Counted from the first letter of the stretch, positions 39,761 through 51,521 are shown. The stretch: DNA of 64,000 nucleotides from Armatimonadota bacterium (GCA_963677485.1 OY781964.1:896001-960000); one strand, 5' to 3'. The notes: generated from the sequence alone by a model not told the origin. A program made the numbers and translations.

Positions 39761-40847
39761 CCTCGTCCATATCTTGGGCGTTGGCAAAGATCATTTTACC
39801 GGCCGGTGTCTGCAGCAAGCTGGAGACGACCACGATGATCTCCTGGTCTATACAGTCTCGGGCACCTTCCACCACAATCATCGTGCCGTCGTCTAAATAG
39901 CCGACGCCTTGATTCTGCTGGTTGCCCTCCTTGATAATCTTAACCTTAAGCTCTTCACCAGGCAAGGCAACCGGTTTTAGAGCATTCGAAAGCTCATTCA
40001 CGTTCAGCACGCGAACGCCTTCCAGCTCCGCCACCTTGTTCAGATTATAGTCATTGGTGACGATCACACCGTTGATTCTCTGGGCGATCATGACCAGCCG
40101 TTTGTCCACCGGCTCGCCTGGGTCAGCCAGGTGATCATAGGTGCGCAGCTCAAGGTGCCGTTCCTTCTGCATCTGGTTTAGGATATCCAGACCGCGGCGG
40201 CCGCGGGCCCGGCGCAGTGAATCGGAGCTGTCAGCGATATACTGCAACTCGTCGATCACAAAGCCGGGGATATAGAGCACGCCCTCGACAAACCCCGTGC
40301 GGCAGACATCCAGCAGCCGACCGTCGATAATCACATTGGTGTCAAATATCTTCACCTTTGCGTTATCCATGGCGGTCTTCTCCTGGCTAGGAGCTGCGGC
40401 CTGCTGCGTCACAGGGAAGCCGATGTCCTTCAAACTGATCAAGGCTGAGACACTGAGGTAAACCAGCACAACAGCCACACCGAAAGTTAATGTTTGCCCC
40501 ATCGGTCCGGATCTAGGCAAAACAAGCGCAAACGGAATGGTGATGATAAGCCCCAGGATAATTCCAAACGTCACCGCCACTTTCTCACGCGGGTCGGTTC
40601 GCTCCAGTCGATCCTGGATACTGATGATCCAATTGAAGAACTTGGGCCATAATACGAGTGCAATCAAAATACCAATGAGCGATAGTGCAATCTTGACTAC
40701 TGTGTAATAGCTGGGATCGTTGAGTGACAATTCGCGGTTGCGTTCCAGCACGTGAATGAACCATAGGGAACACTGATACCCCGCCATTGCCCCACAAGCC
40801 ATCACCGCTGCGAAAAGAAATAAGCGGAATGTCTTAGCGATAGGCAC
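39690..40847 (-). CDS. PIN/TRAM domain membrane protein (YacL-like)
   Basis: TM region, DTNVIIDGR, RARGRRGLDILN, TNDYNLNKVA, QGVGYLDDGTMIVVE; usual synteny with ispD. Confidence 0.92.
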   Translation of the reverse strand: MPIAKTFRLFLFAAVMACGAMAGYQCSLWFIHVLERNRELSLNDPSYYTVVKIALSLIGILIALVLWPKFFNWIISIQDRLERTDPREKVAVTFGIILGLIITIPFALVLPRSGPMGQTLTFGVAVVLVYLSVSALISLKDIGFPVTQQAAAPSQEKTAMDNAKVKIFDTNVIIDGRLLDVCRTGFVEGVLYIPGFVIDELQYIADSSDSLRRARGRRGLDILNQMQKERHLELRTYDHLADPGEPVDKRLVMIAQRINGVIVTNDYNLNKVAELEGVRVLNVNELSNALKPVALPGEELKVKIIKEGNQQNQGVGYLDDGTMIVVEGARDCIDQEIIVVVSSLLQTPAGKMIFANAQDMDEDDRDYGERNSRNFASSRTRRKVR

Positions 40848-41010
40848 GGTTTTTGACCTCCTGAAAGATACTTATGAATGTATTACGAACTGCATTTATG
40901 GTACACATAAAAGCGACAACGCGCCTTCACAGGCGCGCCTATAGCATCGATGGCCATCAACCTTGTCATCAAGGACTTGGTTGGCACGTCAGATGTATCG
41001 GTTCTATATA

Positions 41011-42387
41011 CTATACTGCTTGAACGGTCTTGGCTGCTTCACGAAAAGATCGATCGACGGTGTATTTTCCAAAATCAACATCACCAACCAGGTAAAACGA
41101 ACCGGTAAGCAGTATCAGATCATCTATTTCCGCGATACTGTCGGCGTGTTGAAGAGCCGTATTAGCGTCAATACTGGTCATCAACAGACCTTTGAATTGC
41201 CGAAATGGTGCTGCCAGCTTTTTCAAGCTCATACCCCGGCGATCACGCGGTGCAGTTAAAATCACTACATCCGCAAAGCCTAGTATTAACTCGGCCATAC
41301 AGTCAGGTTGATGCCCCTGGGTCATGCCCAACACAACGATTCTTTTGTTGTGCGGCACACTCTCCTTCACGGCATCCAGAAGCTTCGCCAGCGCCTGCGG
41401 GTTATGAGCACCATCCAATAACGTCCACGGATTACGGCCGATAACCTGCATCCGACCCGGCAGCCACGCCTCTGCCAGCCCACTTTCAATGGTCTGATGT
41501 GAGACGTCACTAAAAGAATTAGACGTCAGCAGCATACAAATTGTTGCAGCAATCGCGGCATTACTGGCTTGATATTTGCCAAATAGTCCTAATTGGTAGC
41601 TTCCAGCGCAGTTCTTTGGTTGCGCAATCGTTACGCCTCCAGGCGATCCCTGTATCGGTTCGTAATTCCATACCACGTTTTCGCCAAAGTTCTCATACAA
41701 TCCTGCCCCTTCAGGTTGCACCAGCCAATAAGGGCTGCCGCATTCCTGTGCCTTCGCCTCGATCACCCTCCTTGGCTCATCTTCGACTACTGCGCTCACC
41801 ACTGGTACGCCGGGTTTGATGATGCCGGCCTTCTGCCCCGCGATCGCCCCCAAAGTGTTGCCCAGACGTTCCATATGATCGAGACCAATACTGGTGATCG
41901 CGCAGACTTCGGGTGTGATCACATTGGTGCAGTCGAGTAGACCGCCCATTCCAACTTCTATCACCGCGATATCAACCTTCTGTTCCGCAAACCAGGTAAA
42001 CGCGAGCGCAGTCTTCAGCTCGAACTCCGTGACCTGCCCCATGGAAGTATGGGCCAGCTCCTGTATCATTGGCTGGATTCGGCCTACTATTTCCGCGAAG
42101 TTCTCCTCAGGTATCATCTGTCCATCCACCTGCACTCGTTCGCGCAGGTCGAAGACATATGGTGACAGATATACTCCGGTTCGATACCCAGAAGCCCGCA
42201 TGATAGCGGCCGTCATGGTGCAGGTACTGCCCTTGCCGTTGGTGCCAGCAATATGGACGCTCTTGAACTGGCGATGCGGGTTGCCAAGCATAGCCAGAAG
42301 AGCCTCTATACGCTGGTTGCCCAGCTTAATTCCAAAACGCTTGAGACCCTGCATGTATTCCACGGCCTCATGAAAGCTGATATGCAA
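41011..42387 (-). CDS. folC: Folylpolyglutamate synthase / dihydrofolate synthase
   Basis: HIAGTNGKGS, ERV, EVGMGG.LDCTN, GLDH, LDGAHNP, TGSFYLVG. TTG start at 42387 with GGAG RBS. Confidence 0.93.
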   Translation of the reverse strand: MHISFHEAVEYMQGLKRFGIKLGNQRIEALLAMLGNPHRQFKSVHIAGTNGKGSTCTMTAAIMRASGYRTGVYLSPYVFDLRERVQVDGQMIPEENFAEIVGRIQPMIQELAHTSMGQVTEFELKTALAFTWFAEQKVDIAVIEVGMGGLLDCTNVITPEVCAITSIGLDHMERLGNTLGAIAGQKAGIIKPGVPVVSAVVEDEPRRVIEAKAQECGSPYWLVQPEGAGLYENFGENVVWNYEPIQGSPGGVTIAQPKNCAGSYQLGLFGKYQASNAAIAATICMLLTSNSFSDVSHQTIESGLAEAWLPGRMQVIGRNPWTLLDGAHNPQALAKLLDAVKESVPHNKRIVVLGMTQGHQPDCMAELILGFADVVILTAPRDRRGMSLKKLAAPFRQFKGLLMTSIDANTALQHADSIAEIDDLILLTGSFYLVGDVDFGKYTVDRSFREAAKTVQAV

Positions 42388-42462
42388 AACTGTTACTCCG
42401 ATATATATTTTGAAACGCTGGATGTACACCATATGGGGCATCCACGATGGTGAAGCTCACGG

Positions 42463-43728
42463 CTAGTATATATCCAGCTGGCGGATGTCACGCCGCATTC
42501 CTAGGATGACCACGGCCATGATGCAGAATATGACACAAACCCACACCGCCGAGATGGCACCATACTGTCTGGCCAACCATCCTACCAGAAGCGACCCGAA
42601 CGGGCCAACGCCTGCCATAGCATAGAAATGCAGCGAGGCCGCACGCCCAGTCATCGAAGGCGGCGCCTGCAGTTGCATCAGTGAGTTGATGGACGCCAGG
42701 GTGCTCACCATTCCACATCCCACCATGGCTAGACCTACCATGGCGATATAGAATGCCCAATGCGAATGCCAGACAGCAATACCGTTGAACAATACCAAAC
42801 CCATGCACAGAATGGATGAAGTCATAAGCAACGCCAGCCCTCGAGGCACCTTGCCTACAAACTGCCCAAGCAGTATGGCTCCCGCCAGCGCACCAACGCC
42901 AGTCGCACTGTACATAGTGCCCAGTCCATGCTGGCCGGTCTGGAAAATATCTTTAGCATACACAGGGAGTAGTGCCACATAACTCAACCCAAACAGGCAG
43001 ATCACAGCATCAAGTGAGAGTATCGCCTTCATCAGCGGATTTCGCTTCACCATACGTAAACCGGCCAGCACATCAGACCAGGCTGAGTTCCGCATAATCG
43101 ACCTATCGCTCGGTCGAACCGTCACATACAGCATCATCACCACGACGGCCAAATAACTGATCGCATTAAAGCCGAAACACCACCCGGCACCCTTCCAATC
43201 CATGACTAATGCACCGGCTACTGGCCCGAGAATTCGCGAAATATTAAACGCCACACTGTTCATCGCGATGCCGACAGGCATCAACTCGGGCCCGAGCATG
43301 TCCATCACAATCGCCTGGCGGGAAGGACCATCTACCGTCATCACAAACCCACTGGCCACGGCAATCAGCACAACATGCCAGAATGCCAGCATATGAAGCT
43401 GCGCCAAAACTGCTAATATCGCCGCCAGCACAAATGAGATAAACGAGGTCAACATCACCAGCCGCCGCCGCTCAAACCGATCGACCAGAACTCCGCCAAA
43501 CAACCCAAACAAGGTAATGGGGAGCTGTCCCAGAAACGGAACTAGCCCCAGCAAAAACTGGTCGTTTGTCAGTAGATAGACATACCAGCCCATCGCCACA
43601 TTCTGCATCCAACTGCCCATAAAGGAGGTCAGCATACCAATCCAATAGAGCCGGTAATCCCTGACCTGCCATACGGACAGGTTGGGATTTCCATGGAATG
43701 AGTTGGTGGAGAGATGATCCGTGGTCAT
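42463..43728 (-). CDS. MFS transporter (DHA3/MFS_3-like)
   Basis: 12 TMs, G.WMQ.VA.GW, GVLVDRFERRR motif A, FNISRILGP. Confidence 0.9.
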   Translation of the reverse strand: MTTDHLSTNSFHGNPNLSVWQVRDYRLYWIGMLTSFMGSWMQNVAMGWYVYLLTNDQFLLGLVPFLGQLPITLFGLFGGVLVDRFERRRLVMLTSFISFVLAAILAVLAQLHMLAFWHVVLIAVASGFVMTVDGPSRQAIVMDMLGPELMPVGIAMNSVAFNISRILGPVAGALVMDWKGAGWCFGFNAISYLAVVVMMLYVTVRPSDRSIMRNSAWSDVLAGLRMVKRNPLMKAILSLDAVICLFGLSYVALLPVYAKDIFQTGQHGLGTMYSATGVGALAGAILLGQFVGKVPRGLALLMTSSILCMGLVLFNGIAVWHSHWAFYIAMVGLAMVGCGMVSTLASINSLMQLQAPPSMTGRAASLHFYAMAGVGPFGSLLVGWLARQYGAISAVWVCVIFCIMAVVILGMRRDIRQLDIY

Positions 43729-43877
43729 ATATTCATGGTAACATTTCTGGATTCAGGGTTGATTTACACCAGTATTCGGTGCTCAGATATATGGTCATTC
43801 ACCATATATACGGGATGCTGTATTCCGCGTGACATTTGTCCGATCCGACGAATCCGTCGGATAACGAACCTGCCCCA

Positions 43878-43920
43878 GAAAAAGCAAACCGGGCGGGACC
43901 ATGAATGGCACCGCCCGGTT
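43878..43920 (-). terminator. Probable terminator after the PPIase gene
   Basis: AACCGGGCGG..CCGCCCGGTT stem followed on the minus strand by TGCTTTTT. Confidence 0.6.
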
Positions 43921-43939
43921 AGTTGCAGACACCGATAGA

Positions 43940-45628
43940 CTACTTGCTTTTCTTGGGAGCAGGCTTTTCGGTTTTTGATGGCTCGGGCCGTGCTTGCATC
44001 ACAGGAGCCGCTGCGGGTTTCTTGTAGTCGGCGATGATCTTGGTTTGAGCGGCTACCAGATCGGCACGCCCCATCTTTTTATACTCAGCCAAAATCATGT
44101 CCTGCGCCTGCAGGTTGCGGTTGTTCGCTACCTTGCTGGCCATCTGAAGCTGTTCGATCGTGCCTTTGGTGTCACCGACATCCCACAGCAGCTTCGCCAG
44201 TTCAATACGCACCATGGGGCTCTCCATTTTAACCAGAGCTTGCTTGTAGGTTTTGGCAGCTTTCTGTTTCAACTGCTCCACCAGTGCGGGGGCCACACCT
44301 GGAGTGCTTGACTGCATCGAGTAGAGCTGTGCTAGTTGAAGCTGCACATTAGTCGAGTTGTTTGTCTTGCTGGCCTCGTCAAACAGCTTGACGGCCTTGC
44401 CTATGCCTTCTGGCGTATATGGGCTGCTTTTCGGGTCGCCAAACGCAGCGTCAAACACTTTGATCTCAGGATCATTGATCTCAACTTTGGCGTTGTCGAT
44501 CAACTGCTTCTGGTATTTACTCCAGAGGGCCTGTTTGGCGGTATCAATATACTGTTTTTTGAGTTCAGGCTTGCGCTTCTCGAAGTCTTTGGTAACGCCC
44601 GAAGTGATTTTGTCCAGTTTGATGATGTGGTAACCATAACTGGATTTCACGGGTTGTGAGACCTCGCCAAGCTTCAGCTTATCTGCCGCTTCGGCGAACT
44701 CAGGTACGTAACTAGAAGCTAAGCTATTACGAAGACCAGGATTAAGCTCTCCCCCGCGGGTCTTGCTGCCTGGGTCTTCAGAGTACTGTCCAGCAAGCTT
44801 AGCGAAATCTCCACCGGCTTTAATCTTGGCTTCGATCTCATTAGCAAGCTTCAATGCATCGGCATCTTTGCGTTTTCCGGTGGTGACCAGGATGTGTCGA
44901 ATGTTTAGCATATCTAGCCCAGCTTTAAGCACTTCATCACTCGGATCATCCACTTTGCTGACCTTATCCTGAAGTCTTTTCTGCAGTAACCCCAGTTTGA
45001 TCTGCTCCCCATCCTTCGTAACGCTATCTTTCGCGATAGAATCAATGAACTCGGGAAGGCTCTTGCCGGTCTGCTTCTTTACAAAGTCAGCCCACTCTTT
45101 GTCGTTCATTGGCTTCTTTTGGCTGATCTGCATCCGCTGCATCTGCAATTGGGCAGTCAACTGTGTCTTGGCTTCTGCCAGCAGTTCGCTGTCATTTACG
45201 CTCACGCCCTCGCGCTTCGCGGCATCTTCCAGCAAAGCGGCCTGCTTGAGCTGGTTGAATGCCTGGTAGTTCTGCTGTACTTGATATAACGCATCATCAG
45301 AACCTGGATACATGTTCGATCGCATTCTATCCTGAGCTTGACTAACAGCCTTAGCCAACTGAGGCTGAGTGATCTCAATACCATTCACTTTACCGACCAC
45401 AGAGGACTCGCGGCTGCCACCGCCGGCACCGCCGCAGCCACCGCCGCCGAAATATGTAACCATACCCAGCCCGAACACAACAGCTAGGCCGACAGCGATA
45501 CCGGAGCCAACATGGCTAAATTTTTCACGCATGGTGCGCAGCGACACTACCTCTTCTTCGACATGAGGTTTTTGCGGATTCGGTTGAGAAGATGTTTGTT
45601 TGGGCTTCTGGTTCTGTCCGTTCGCCAT
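43940..45628 (-). CDS. PrsA/SurA-like parvulin peptidyl-prolyl isomerase with TPR-like C-terminus
   Basis: TM anchor, SurA-N helices, RHILV, F.KLA..YSEDPGS...GGEL, VPEF, YGYHII. Confidence 0.88.
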   Translation of the reverse strand: MANGQNQKPKQTSSQPNPQKPHVEEEVVSLRTMREKFSHVGSGIAVGLAVVFGLGMVTYFGGGGCGGAGGGSRESSVVGKVNGIEITQPQLAKAVSQAQDRMRSNMYPGSDDALYQVQQNYQAFNQLKQAALLEDAAKREGVSVNDSELLAEAKTQLTAQLQMQRMQISQKKPMNDKEWADFVKKQTGKSLPEFIDSIAKDSVTKDGEQIKLGLLQKRLQDKVSKVDDPSDEVLKAGLDMLNIRHILVTTGKRKDADALKLANEIEAKIKAGGDFAKLAGQYSEDPGSKTRGGELNPGLRNSLASSYVPEFAEAADKLKLGEVSQPVKSSYGYHIIKLDKITSGVTKDFEKRKPELKKQYIDTAKQALWSKYQKQLIDNAKVEINDPEIKVFDAAFGDPKSSPYTPEGIGKAVKLFDEASKTNNSTNVQLQLAQLYSMQSSTPGVAPALVEQLKQKAAKTYKQALVKMESPMVRIELAKLLWDVGDTKGTIEQLQMASKVANNRNLQAQDMILAEYKKMGRADLVAAQTKIIADYKKPAAAPVMQARPEPSKTEKPAPKKSK

Positions 45629-45700
45629 GATTCGCCTAACTCCTACTATCTGATTTGATTATTAATGGTTCTGTAGTTTGCACAGCAGTGACCGGTAGGG

Positions 45701-46525
45701 TTACCTGACTGTGTATGGGATGCCTTTTTGTTTAAGTTCACTCGTGAACTTGTTCACATTTTGCTTGACTCGGTACTGAGCTAACTGAACGACATACCCG
45801 CCGCTTGGTGATTTGATGATATCGGCTCCCGGCACATGTGCCTTGAGATGCGTAAGACCAGCCTGCGCCTCAGCCAATGATTTGTAGTGAGTACTGGCCA
45901 TCACTCGATAGACACCAGCCGCCGGGGTTACCGGCGGCAGTTTTGTTTGATCATCTAACCTTGTTGGCTGTTGCACTGGCAAACTTGGTTTGGTCATAGC
46001 TGGCAACGGCTTTTTAGCCGCCGGCGGCTTCACCTTAGGCTTCACTGACGGTTTCGCCACTGTAGCCGGTTCCGGCTTTTTCACCACGATCCTCTTTGGA
46101 ATGGTGATCGAAACGGCGGCTTTGGGTTTGAGCTTTGGCTTCACCTTCGGCTGCGGTGCTTTTGTGGGTTCCGCAACATGAACTGGCTTCTCTGGTGTCT
46201 CGCTGGCCTTCGGTTTCGGTGATTCCGTTGGTTTCACCTCAGTAGATTTACCGGGCTTATTCACAATCACCTCCACCTCCACATCATCGCTAGAGGGCTT
46301 CTTCTCAGCCTTTTTGACGCTGGAAGGCGGCTCCGCCGACTTAAGAGGCAGCTTGCTGGGGCCTGTGACAGCTGGTGTTAGCCGACTTTTGTGCGATGCT
46401 GGGTTGCGAAACACCAACGGTCCTAACACCCCGCCTAATGCATAGGCGACAGCCAGACCGACGATCAACACCAATATCCACCAGCCGGAACTCTGTTTTC
46501 TCTGTGCTGTTCGATTGTTTCTCAC
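45701..46525 (-). CDS. SPOR domain membrane protein
   Basis: N-terminal TM, Pro/Lys-rich linker, C-terminal YRV..A..L...YVVQL SPOR-like repeats. Confidence 0.7.
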   Translation of the reverse strand: MRNNRTAQRKQSSGWWILVLIVGLAVAYALGGVLGPLVFRNPASHKSRLTPAVTGPSKLPLKSAEPPSSVKKAEKKPSSDDVEVEVIVNKPGKSTEVKPTESPKPKASETPEKPVHVAEPTKAPQPKVKPKLKPKAAVSITIPKRIVVKKPEPATVAKPSVKPKVKPPAAKKPLPAMTKPSLPVQQPTRLDDQTKLPPVTPAAGVYRVMASTHYKSLAEAQAGLTHLKAHVPGADIIKSPSGGYVVQLAQYRVKQNVNKFTSELKQKGIPYTVR

Positions 46526-46537
46526 GATGTCTTCGTC

Positions 46538-48370
46538 CTAAGCCTCGCCCCAACTAGTTTTAGGCTCTGCTTTTTGGGCATCACCCAACAGGCCGAGGAA
46601 TGTCGTGCGATCGAGTGTTTCGGTGCTCATCAGGGTTTCTGCCACATGCACCACCATTTCGTGGTTAGCCTGTAGAATTTTAAGACCGCGCCGGAAACAT
46701 TCATCGACAATGGTGCGTACTTCATGATCGATGATCGTCGCGATCTCCTCACTGTAGTTGCGATCTTCCATGATGTCTCGCCCCAGGAAGGGGTTTCCAT
46801 GTCGGCGGCCAAAAGTGAGATGTCCCAACTTTTTGCTCATACCGTATTCGCAAACCATTGCTCGGGCGATTTCAGTCGCACGGCTCAAGTCATTATTCGC
46901 GCCAGTGGTGGCCTCGCCAAACTTCAGCGTTTCCGCCGCCCTGCCGCCCAGGAACGCGGTGATGCGGTCAAGCAACTGCGCTCTGGTGATGAGGAATGTA
47001 TCCTTCTCGGGTAGATACATCGTCACACCGAGGGCCATGCCTCGCGGCAGAATCGTCACTTTATGAACTGGGTCTGAGTTCGGCAGAAGTTCGCCGATGA
47101 TAGCATGACCCACTTCGTGGTACGCCACCATCTCTTTTTCCGCCGGATCGATCAGCCGACTCTTCTTCTCAGGCCCGGCGATCACGCGATCCACCGCTTC
47201 CTCAAAGTGCCGGTTCTCAATCGACTTGCAGTCTTCACGAGCCGCCATCAAAGCAGCCTCATTGACCAGGTTGGCCAGATCGGCCCCGCTAAAGCCTGGG
47301 GTCATTTTACTGATGGCCACGCTGTCCACATCGTCATCAAAAGGCATACCCTTCATGTGTACACGAAGAATCTCATCGCGGCCCTTCTGATCTGGCGGGT
47401 CAACCATCACCTGACGGTCAAATCGGCCAGGGCGCAGCAACGCCGGGTCTAGAACATCAGGCCGGTTGGTCGCAGCGATCAGTATGATCCCGCTGTTGGG
47501 GTCGAATCCGTCCATCTCCACCAGCATCTGGTTGAGTGTCTGTTCACGCTCATCATGCCCGCCGCCCAGTCCAGCTCCACGCTGTCGGCCTACGGCGTCA
47601 ATTTCATCAATAAAGATGAGGCACGGGCGGTTTGCCTTCGCGGTCTCAAAAAGATCACGCACACGGCTGGCGCCTACGCCTACGAACATCTCCACGAACT
47701 CAGAACCACTGCTATGGAAAAAGGGCACTTCCGCCTCCCCCGCCACAGCACGCGCCAGCAGCGTTTTACCGCATCCTGGAGGGCCCAGCAATAATACGCC
47801 TCTGGGGATCTTCGCTCCCAGCACAGAGTATTTTTTGGGGTTTTTGAGGAAGTCGACTATCTCAGAAAGCTCTTCTTTGGCTTCATCAACGCCGGCGACG
47901 TCAGCGAAGGTGATTTTTGGCGTATTCTCACCTGCCCGCCGTGCCCGGCTGCGTCCAAAGGACATCGCCTGGTTGTTACCCGACTGCGCCTGACGCATCA
48001 TGAAGAACCAAAATACGCCCATTATCAACACGACAGAGAGCAGCGGCAGCAGCCCTTGTATCACTTCGTTTGCTACGGATTTAATGAACGTGAATTGAAC
48101 GGACTTAGCTTCCATACGTTCAAGCAGTTGAGCCCGCGCTTCCGAAGTGTCCGGAAGTGTTGAGGTGTATTCTGTGTTATCTAGTCCCCGCAGACTGACG
48201 GTATCGCGGTCAAACGACGCCTTCAGTATTTGGTTGGTATCTACCAGTTGCAGCACACGCGAATAATCGATTTTCTTAGGCGCAGGCCCGCCGATTTCTC
48301 CGCGCATGAGATAGAAGATAGATAGTGCCAATACTGTGACAACCAGTATGGTGCTGATCCTTCTGTTCAA
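46538..48370 (-). CDS. ftsH: ATP-dependent zinc metalloprotease FtsH
   Basis: [38 protein letters not shown] start at 48370 with GGAGG RBS. Confidence 0.97.
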   Translation of the reverse strand: MNRRISTILVVTVLALSIFYLMRGEIGGPAPKKIDYSRVLQLVDTNQILKASFDRDTVSLRGLDNTEYTSTLPDTSEARAQLLERMEAKSVQFTFIKSVANEVIQGLLPLLSVVLIMGVFWFFMMRQAQSGNNQAMSFGRSRARRAGENTPKITFADVAGVDEAKEELSEIVDFLKNPKKYSVLGAKIPRGVLLLGPPGCGKTLLARAVAGEAEVPFFHSSGSEFVEMFVGVGASRVRDLFETAKANRPCLIFIDEIDAVGRQRGAGLGGGHDEREQTLNQMLVEMDGFDPNSGIILIAATNRPDVLDPALLRPGRFDRQVMVDPPDQKGRDEILRVHMKGMPFDDDVDSVAISKMTPGFSGADLANLVNEAALMAAREDCKSIENRHFEEAVDRVIAGPEKKSRLIDPAEKEMVAYHEVGHAIIGELLPNSDPVHKVTILPRGMALGVTMYLPEKDTFLITRAQLLDRITAFLGGRAAETLKFGEATTGANNDLSRATEIARAMVCEYGMSKKLGHLTFGRRHGNPFLGRDIMEDRNYSEEIATIIDHEVRTIVDECFRRGLKILQANHEMVVHVAETLMSTETLDRTTFLGLLGDAQKAEPKTSWGEA

Positions 48371-48413
48371 ACAGTCCTCCGAATGGGGCGCCACCCCCTT
48401 GTAATCAGCGTCA

Positions 48414-49838
48414 TTATAACATACGAGATAGTGGAAGAATCCGTTGCATCTCCGCTTGTATCTCTGCCTCGAGTACCAGGCAGTCACATCCACCGGTCGG
48501 GGTTTTGCATCTGTCGGCGATACATCCGCCAGGCACCCAAACCACACCTTCCGCATCTGCCAGCACAGGCCAGGCCCGCCGCCAGTTGCCAGGTATCCCC
48601 GCGGATGACAGCACATCAAAAACCTTGCGGCGTCCACTCATGCCCAAGGGCAATATCCGCTCACCCGTTCGAGCGACCCGAAACACCAGCGGAGGCACGA
48701 TGCAATCCATATTTAGACTCACCTGCCAATTACCGAGGTTTCGGATAGGACTTTGCCGCCTCGCCCGCACCATATGAAACACAATACCCGTATTGGGATC
48801 CGTAAAGTGGGGCGCATTGACATCAACAGGCTGCTCCCAGACCACCGGTAAAACCTCTTGAGGCGCATTCTCACGCGCAATCAACTTCTGCCCGTCGCTC
48901 CTCACCACCAGCTTGCGGCTGGTGAGGTTGACCGCACCACGGGTGCCGGTCAGCAAATACTGCCGCAGACGTTCAATATGCCGTAACTCTACCCCTTCGG
49001 TTCCGCCAAACTCATCAAAAATCTTACAGATGATGCGCCGCTGCACGGCCACCGTCTGGTTCATGATCGCATCACGGGGCACCATCACGGCACCATTCAC
49101 ACGCTGCACGACCTCTTCAAAAACAGGTCCGATCCGCCGATCCCAATCGATCTCTTCCTGCCGGGCGATATCGCTGAACCTGAGTAAGGCTTTATCCACA
49201 CCGGGGTTCACTTGCCTGAGCAGCGGAAGAACCTTCAAGCGCAGCAGGTTTCGGCTAAACCGTGTATCCGCGTTGCTTTCGTCCGTGATGTAAGGCAGTC
49301 CCAGTGACTGGCAATACTTCTCGGTGTCGGCGCGCCTGATCTCCAGCAACGGTCGGAGGGGGTCACCAAGTCGGTCCATGCCCATCACACCGTGCCAGCC
49401 GCTGCCGCGCACCAGGTGCAGCAACAGACTTTCCACCTGGTCGTCTGCGTTGTGCCCTACGCACAGAATGTGGGCGGAATGCTCACGCAAGATAGTCCGA
49501 AGTGCTTCGTATCGCAGGTGGCGTGCCACCGCTTCAAGCCCTTCACTGGCTAAGGCGTTACTGCCCTCCACGTCGACTTGCTGCGAAACAAACGGCACAC
49601 CCAGAAGACCGCACATTCGTTCGCAGTGCAACTGGTCCTCTTCGGCTTGTTCCCGCAGCGAATGGTTGATGTGGGCCGCCACCACCCAAATCCCCAGCTC
49701 TGAGCGATGAGAGGCCAGCAGATGCAACAGCGTGCAGCTATCTGCACCGCCCGAAAACCCTACCAAAAGCCGTTTGCCTTTGACTAAACGCCGTATATCA
49801 GCATCGAGTACGCGGTTGGCAAGCTCCTCGGAAAACAC
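48414..49838 (-). CDS. tilS: tRNA(Ile)-lysidine synthetase
   Basis: SGGADS PP-loop, HINHSLR, GHNADDQ.E, RPLL, D.SN....RN. Confidence 0.95.
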   Translation of the reverse strand: MFSEELANRVLDADIRRLVKGKRLLVGFSGGADSCTLLHLLASHRSELGIWVVAAHINHSLREQAEEDQLHCERMCGLLGVPFVSQQVDVEGSNALASEGLEAVARHLRYEALRTILREHSAHILCVGHNADDQVESLLLHLVRGSGWHGVMGMDRLGDPLRPLLEIRRADTEKYCQSLGLPYITDESNADTRFSRNLLRLKVLPLLRQVNPGVDKALLRFSDIARQEEIDWDRRIGPVFEEVVQRVNGAVMVPRDAIMNQTVAVQRRIICKIFDEFGGTEGVELRHIERLRQYLLTGTRGAVNLTSRKLVVRSDGQKLIARENAPQEVLPVVWEQPVDVNAPHFTDPNTGIVFHMVRARRQSPIRNLGNWQVSLNMDCIVPPLVFRVARTGERILPLGMSGRRKVFDVLSSAGIPGNWRRAWPVLADAEGVVWVPGGCIADRCKTPTGGCDCLVLEAEIQAEMQRILPLSRML

Positions 49839-49839
49839 A

Positions 49840-50607
49840 TCAGGCCCCCTTGCCTATGGTATGTCCAAGTGCCCGTAAAGCGTCCACGTGTTCCAGCTTA
49901 TCTACATCAACACCCACTCCGGCATCATGGGTTATGATCTCCTCAAAACTGACGCCCATCACTTCGTTCAGGCGGGTCTTGATATGTTGAATACCCAACA
50001 GACTGGGAAACAACCGTCCAAAGATCAAACGCATGATCATGGCGGGACCAAGCAATGAGGCGATTTGCTTCACGCTCTTACGCGCCTCAAAAAAAGTGTT
50101 GATCATTGGCCGCACCCTCTGCAGTGCGTCCGCTTTGGCCATGAAAAGATTGCCGCCGGTAAAGCTGCCTTCGGCCACTTTCAATGTGGTTCGGGCCATG
50201 TTCGGAAACAGTCTTTTGCACTCATCCACAGGAATGATGGGCCAGCATACATCAACGCTCTTTAACAGTGACTGGTCTACGAACTCGGCAACAGCAACAG
50301 CAGTCAAAAAAGGCGCATCTGCCGTCGCGATAAGAACATATTCCGCGGGCCCTAATTCGGCAAGCCCCCCGTACAGGTTATTGACAAAACTGCCTTTATC
50401 AGCAACTTTGCTAATTCCGTTCGGTGCAGGCACGTTGCCCACAACTACTACATTTTCTATGCGTCCGCTGTTAATCACGGCTTCTATCACCGATTGCACA
50501 ATCGGTCGGCCATTTATAACCAGGCACGCCTTATTGGAAACACCCGTTTTGGTGGCGAACTCTGCGCTTGTTTCGCCGCCGGCGAGAATGATACATCCTA
50601 CTAGCAT
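49840..50607 (-). CDS. MobA-like nucleotidyltransferase family protein
   Basis: IILAGG, NKA...NGRP, ADAPFL, GGNLF, DVDK. ATG 50607 has a GAGGG RBS. Confidence 0.8.
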   Translation of the reverse strand: MLVGCIILAGGETSAEFATKTGVSNKACLVINGRPIVQSVIEAVINSGRIENVVVVGNVPAPNGISKVADKGSFVNNLYGGLAELGPAEYVLIATADAPFLTAVAVAEFVDQSLLKSVDVCWPIIPVDECKRLFPNMARTTLKVAEGSFTGGNLFMAKADALQRVRPMINTFFEARKSVKQIASLLGPAMIMRLIFGRLFPSLLGIQHIKTRLNEVMGVSFEEIITHDAGVGVDVDKLEHVDALRALGHTIGKGA

Positions 50608-50775
50608 CGATACCCTCTTGCATTTCATACCAGGGGATTCGTATCCCTCTAACCAGTCTACCTGAACTGAGCTATTTCCGAAACCGTAGGCGAATATGGT
50701 ACCTTTACCCAGCCTGAACAGGTATATATAGTAAAGAGCACCACAGAAGTCGATGAACCAAGGGAGTATGATGAG

Positions 50776-51519
50776 ATGATTGCTATCATTGGCGGGACAG
50801 GTTTTACGGACTGGATGGCCAGCCACCCTCACAAAACCCACATAGTGTCAACAATTGATGGTGACCAACCCATCTACGAAATCACACTTGATGGCATCGA
50901 ATGTCTGTTCGTCCCTCGCCATGGTGCCTTCCACCATATTTTGCCTCATAACATCAACAGCGCCGCGATCATCCGCGCCGTACAGCAGATGGGAGCCAAT
51001 GGCATACTGGCGACCTTTGCGGTAGGCTCCCTGACCTCCAGCCGCCGCACTGGCGAAATCGTCGTGCTAAATGACTTCATCGACTTCACACATCGACGCA
51101 GGCAAACCCTGTTTGAAGTCGAACCGCATAAAGCACATACGGACTTCAGTCAGCCATTCTGCCCGTTGCTCAGGCAGGCGCTTATTGAGGCTAGTCATTC
51201 GCTTCGGCTTCCGGTTCACAGCTCCGGCACGTATCTATGTGTCGATGGCCCTCGATACGAAACACCCGCCGAAGTGCGTTTGTTCGGGCAGCTCGGTGCC
51301 GATGTGGTGGGCATGACTTTGGTGCCAGAGGTTGTGTTTGCTAAAGAGCTGGGTATCCCCTATGCTGGCGTCGCCGTGATCACCAATATGGGCACTGGCC
51401 TCACGTCTGAAGCACTGGCTCATGAAAACATCGGTGAGAATTTCGGCGAAGTAAGAACCGACTTAACAGGCCTAATGCAACGGGCCATCCTCAATGGCCG
51501 CATTGATAATACGAAATAG
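50776..51519 (+). CDS. mtnP: S-methyl-5'-thioadenosine/inosine phosphorylase (PNP/MTAP family)
   Basis: IIGGTG, PRHG..H..PH.IN, AVGSL, GPRYET.AE, DVVGMT..PE, ITN. Confidence 0.88.
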   Translation: MIAIIGGTGFTDWMASHPHKTHIVSTIDGDQPIYEITLDGIECLFVPRHGAFHHILPHNINSAAIIRAVQQMGANGILATFAVGSLTSSRRTGEIVVLNDFIDFTHRRRQTLFEVEPHKAHTDFSQPFCPLLRQALIEASHSLRLPVHSSGTYLCVDGPRYETPAEVRLFGQLGADVVGMTLVPEVVFAKELGIPYAGVAVITNMGTGLTSEALAHENIGENFGEVRTDLTGLMQRAILNGRIDNTK

Positions 51520-51521
51520 TG

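Noticed and set aside
48371-48637. N-terminal extensions in the ORF track for ftsH (also rpsL, nadB, the radical SAM gene, the NTP transferase and the FHA gene)
   Set aside because: They overlap neighbouring genes or leaders. Downstream starts, most with a clear RBS, fit the family N-termini better.
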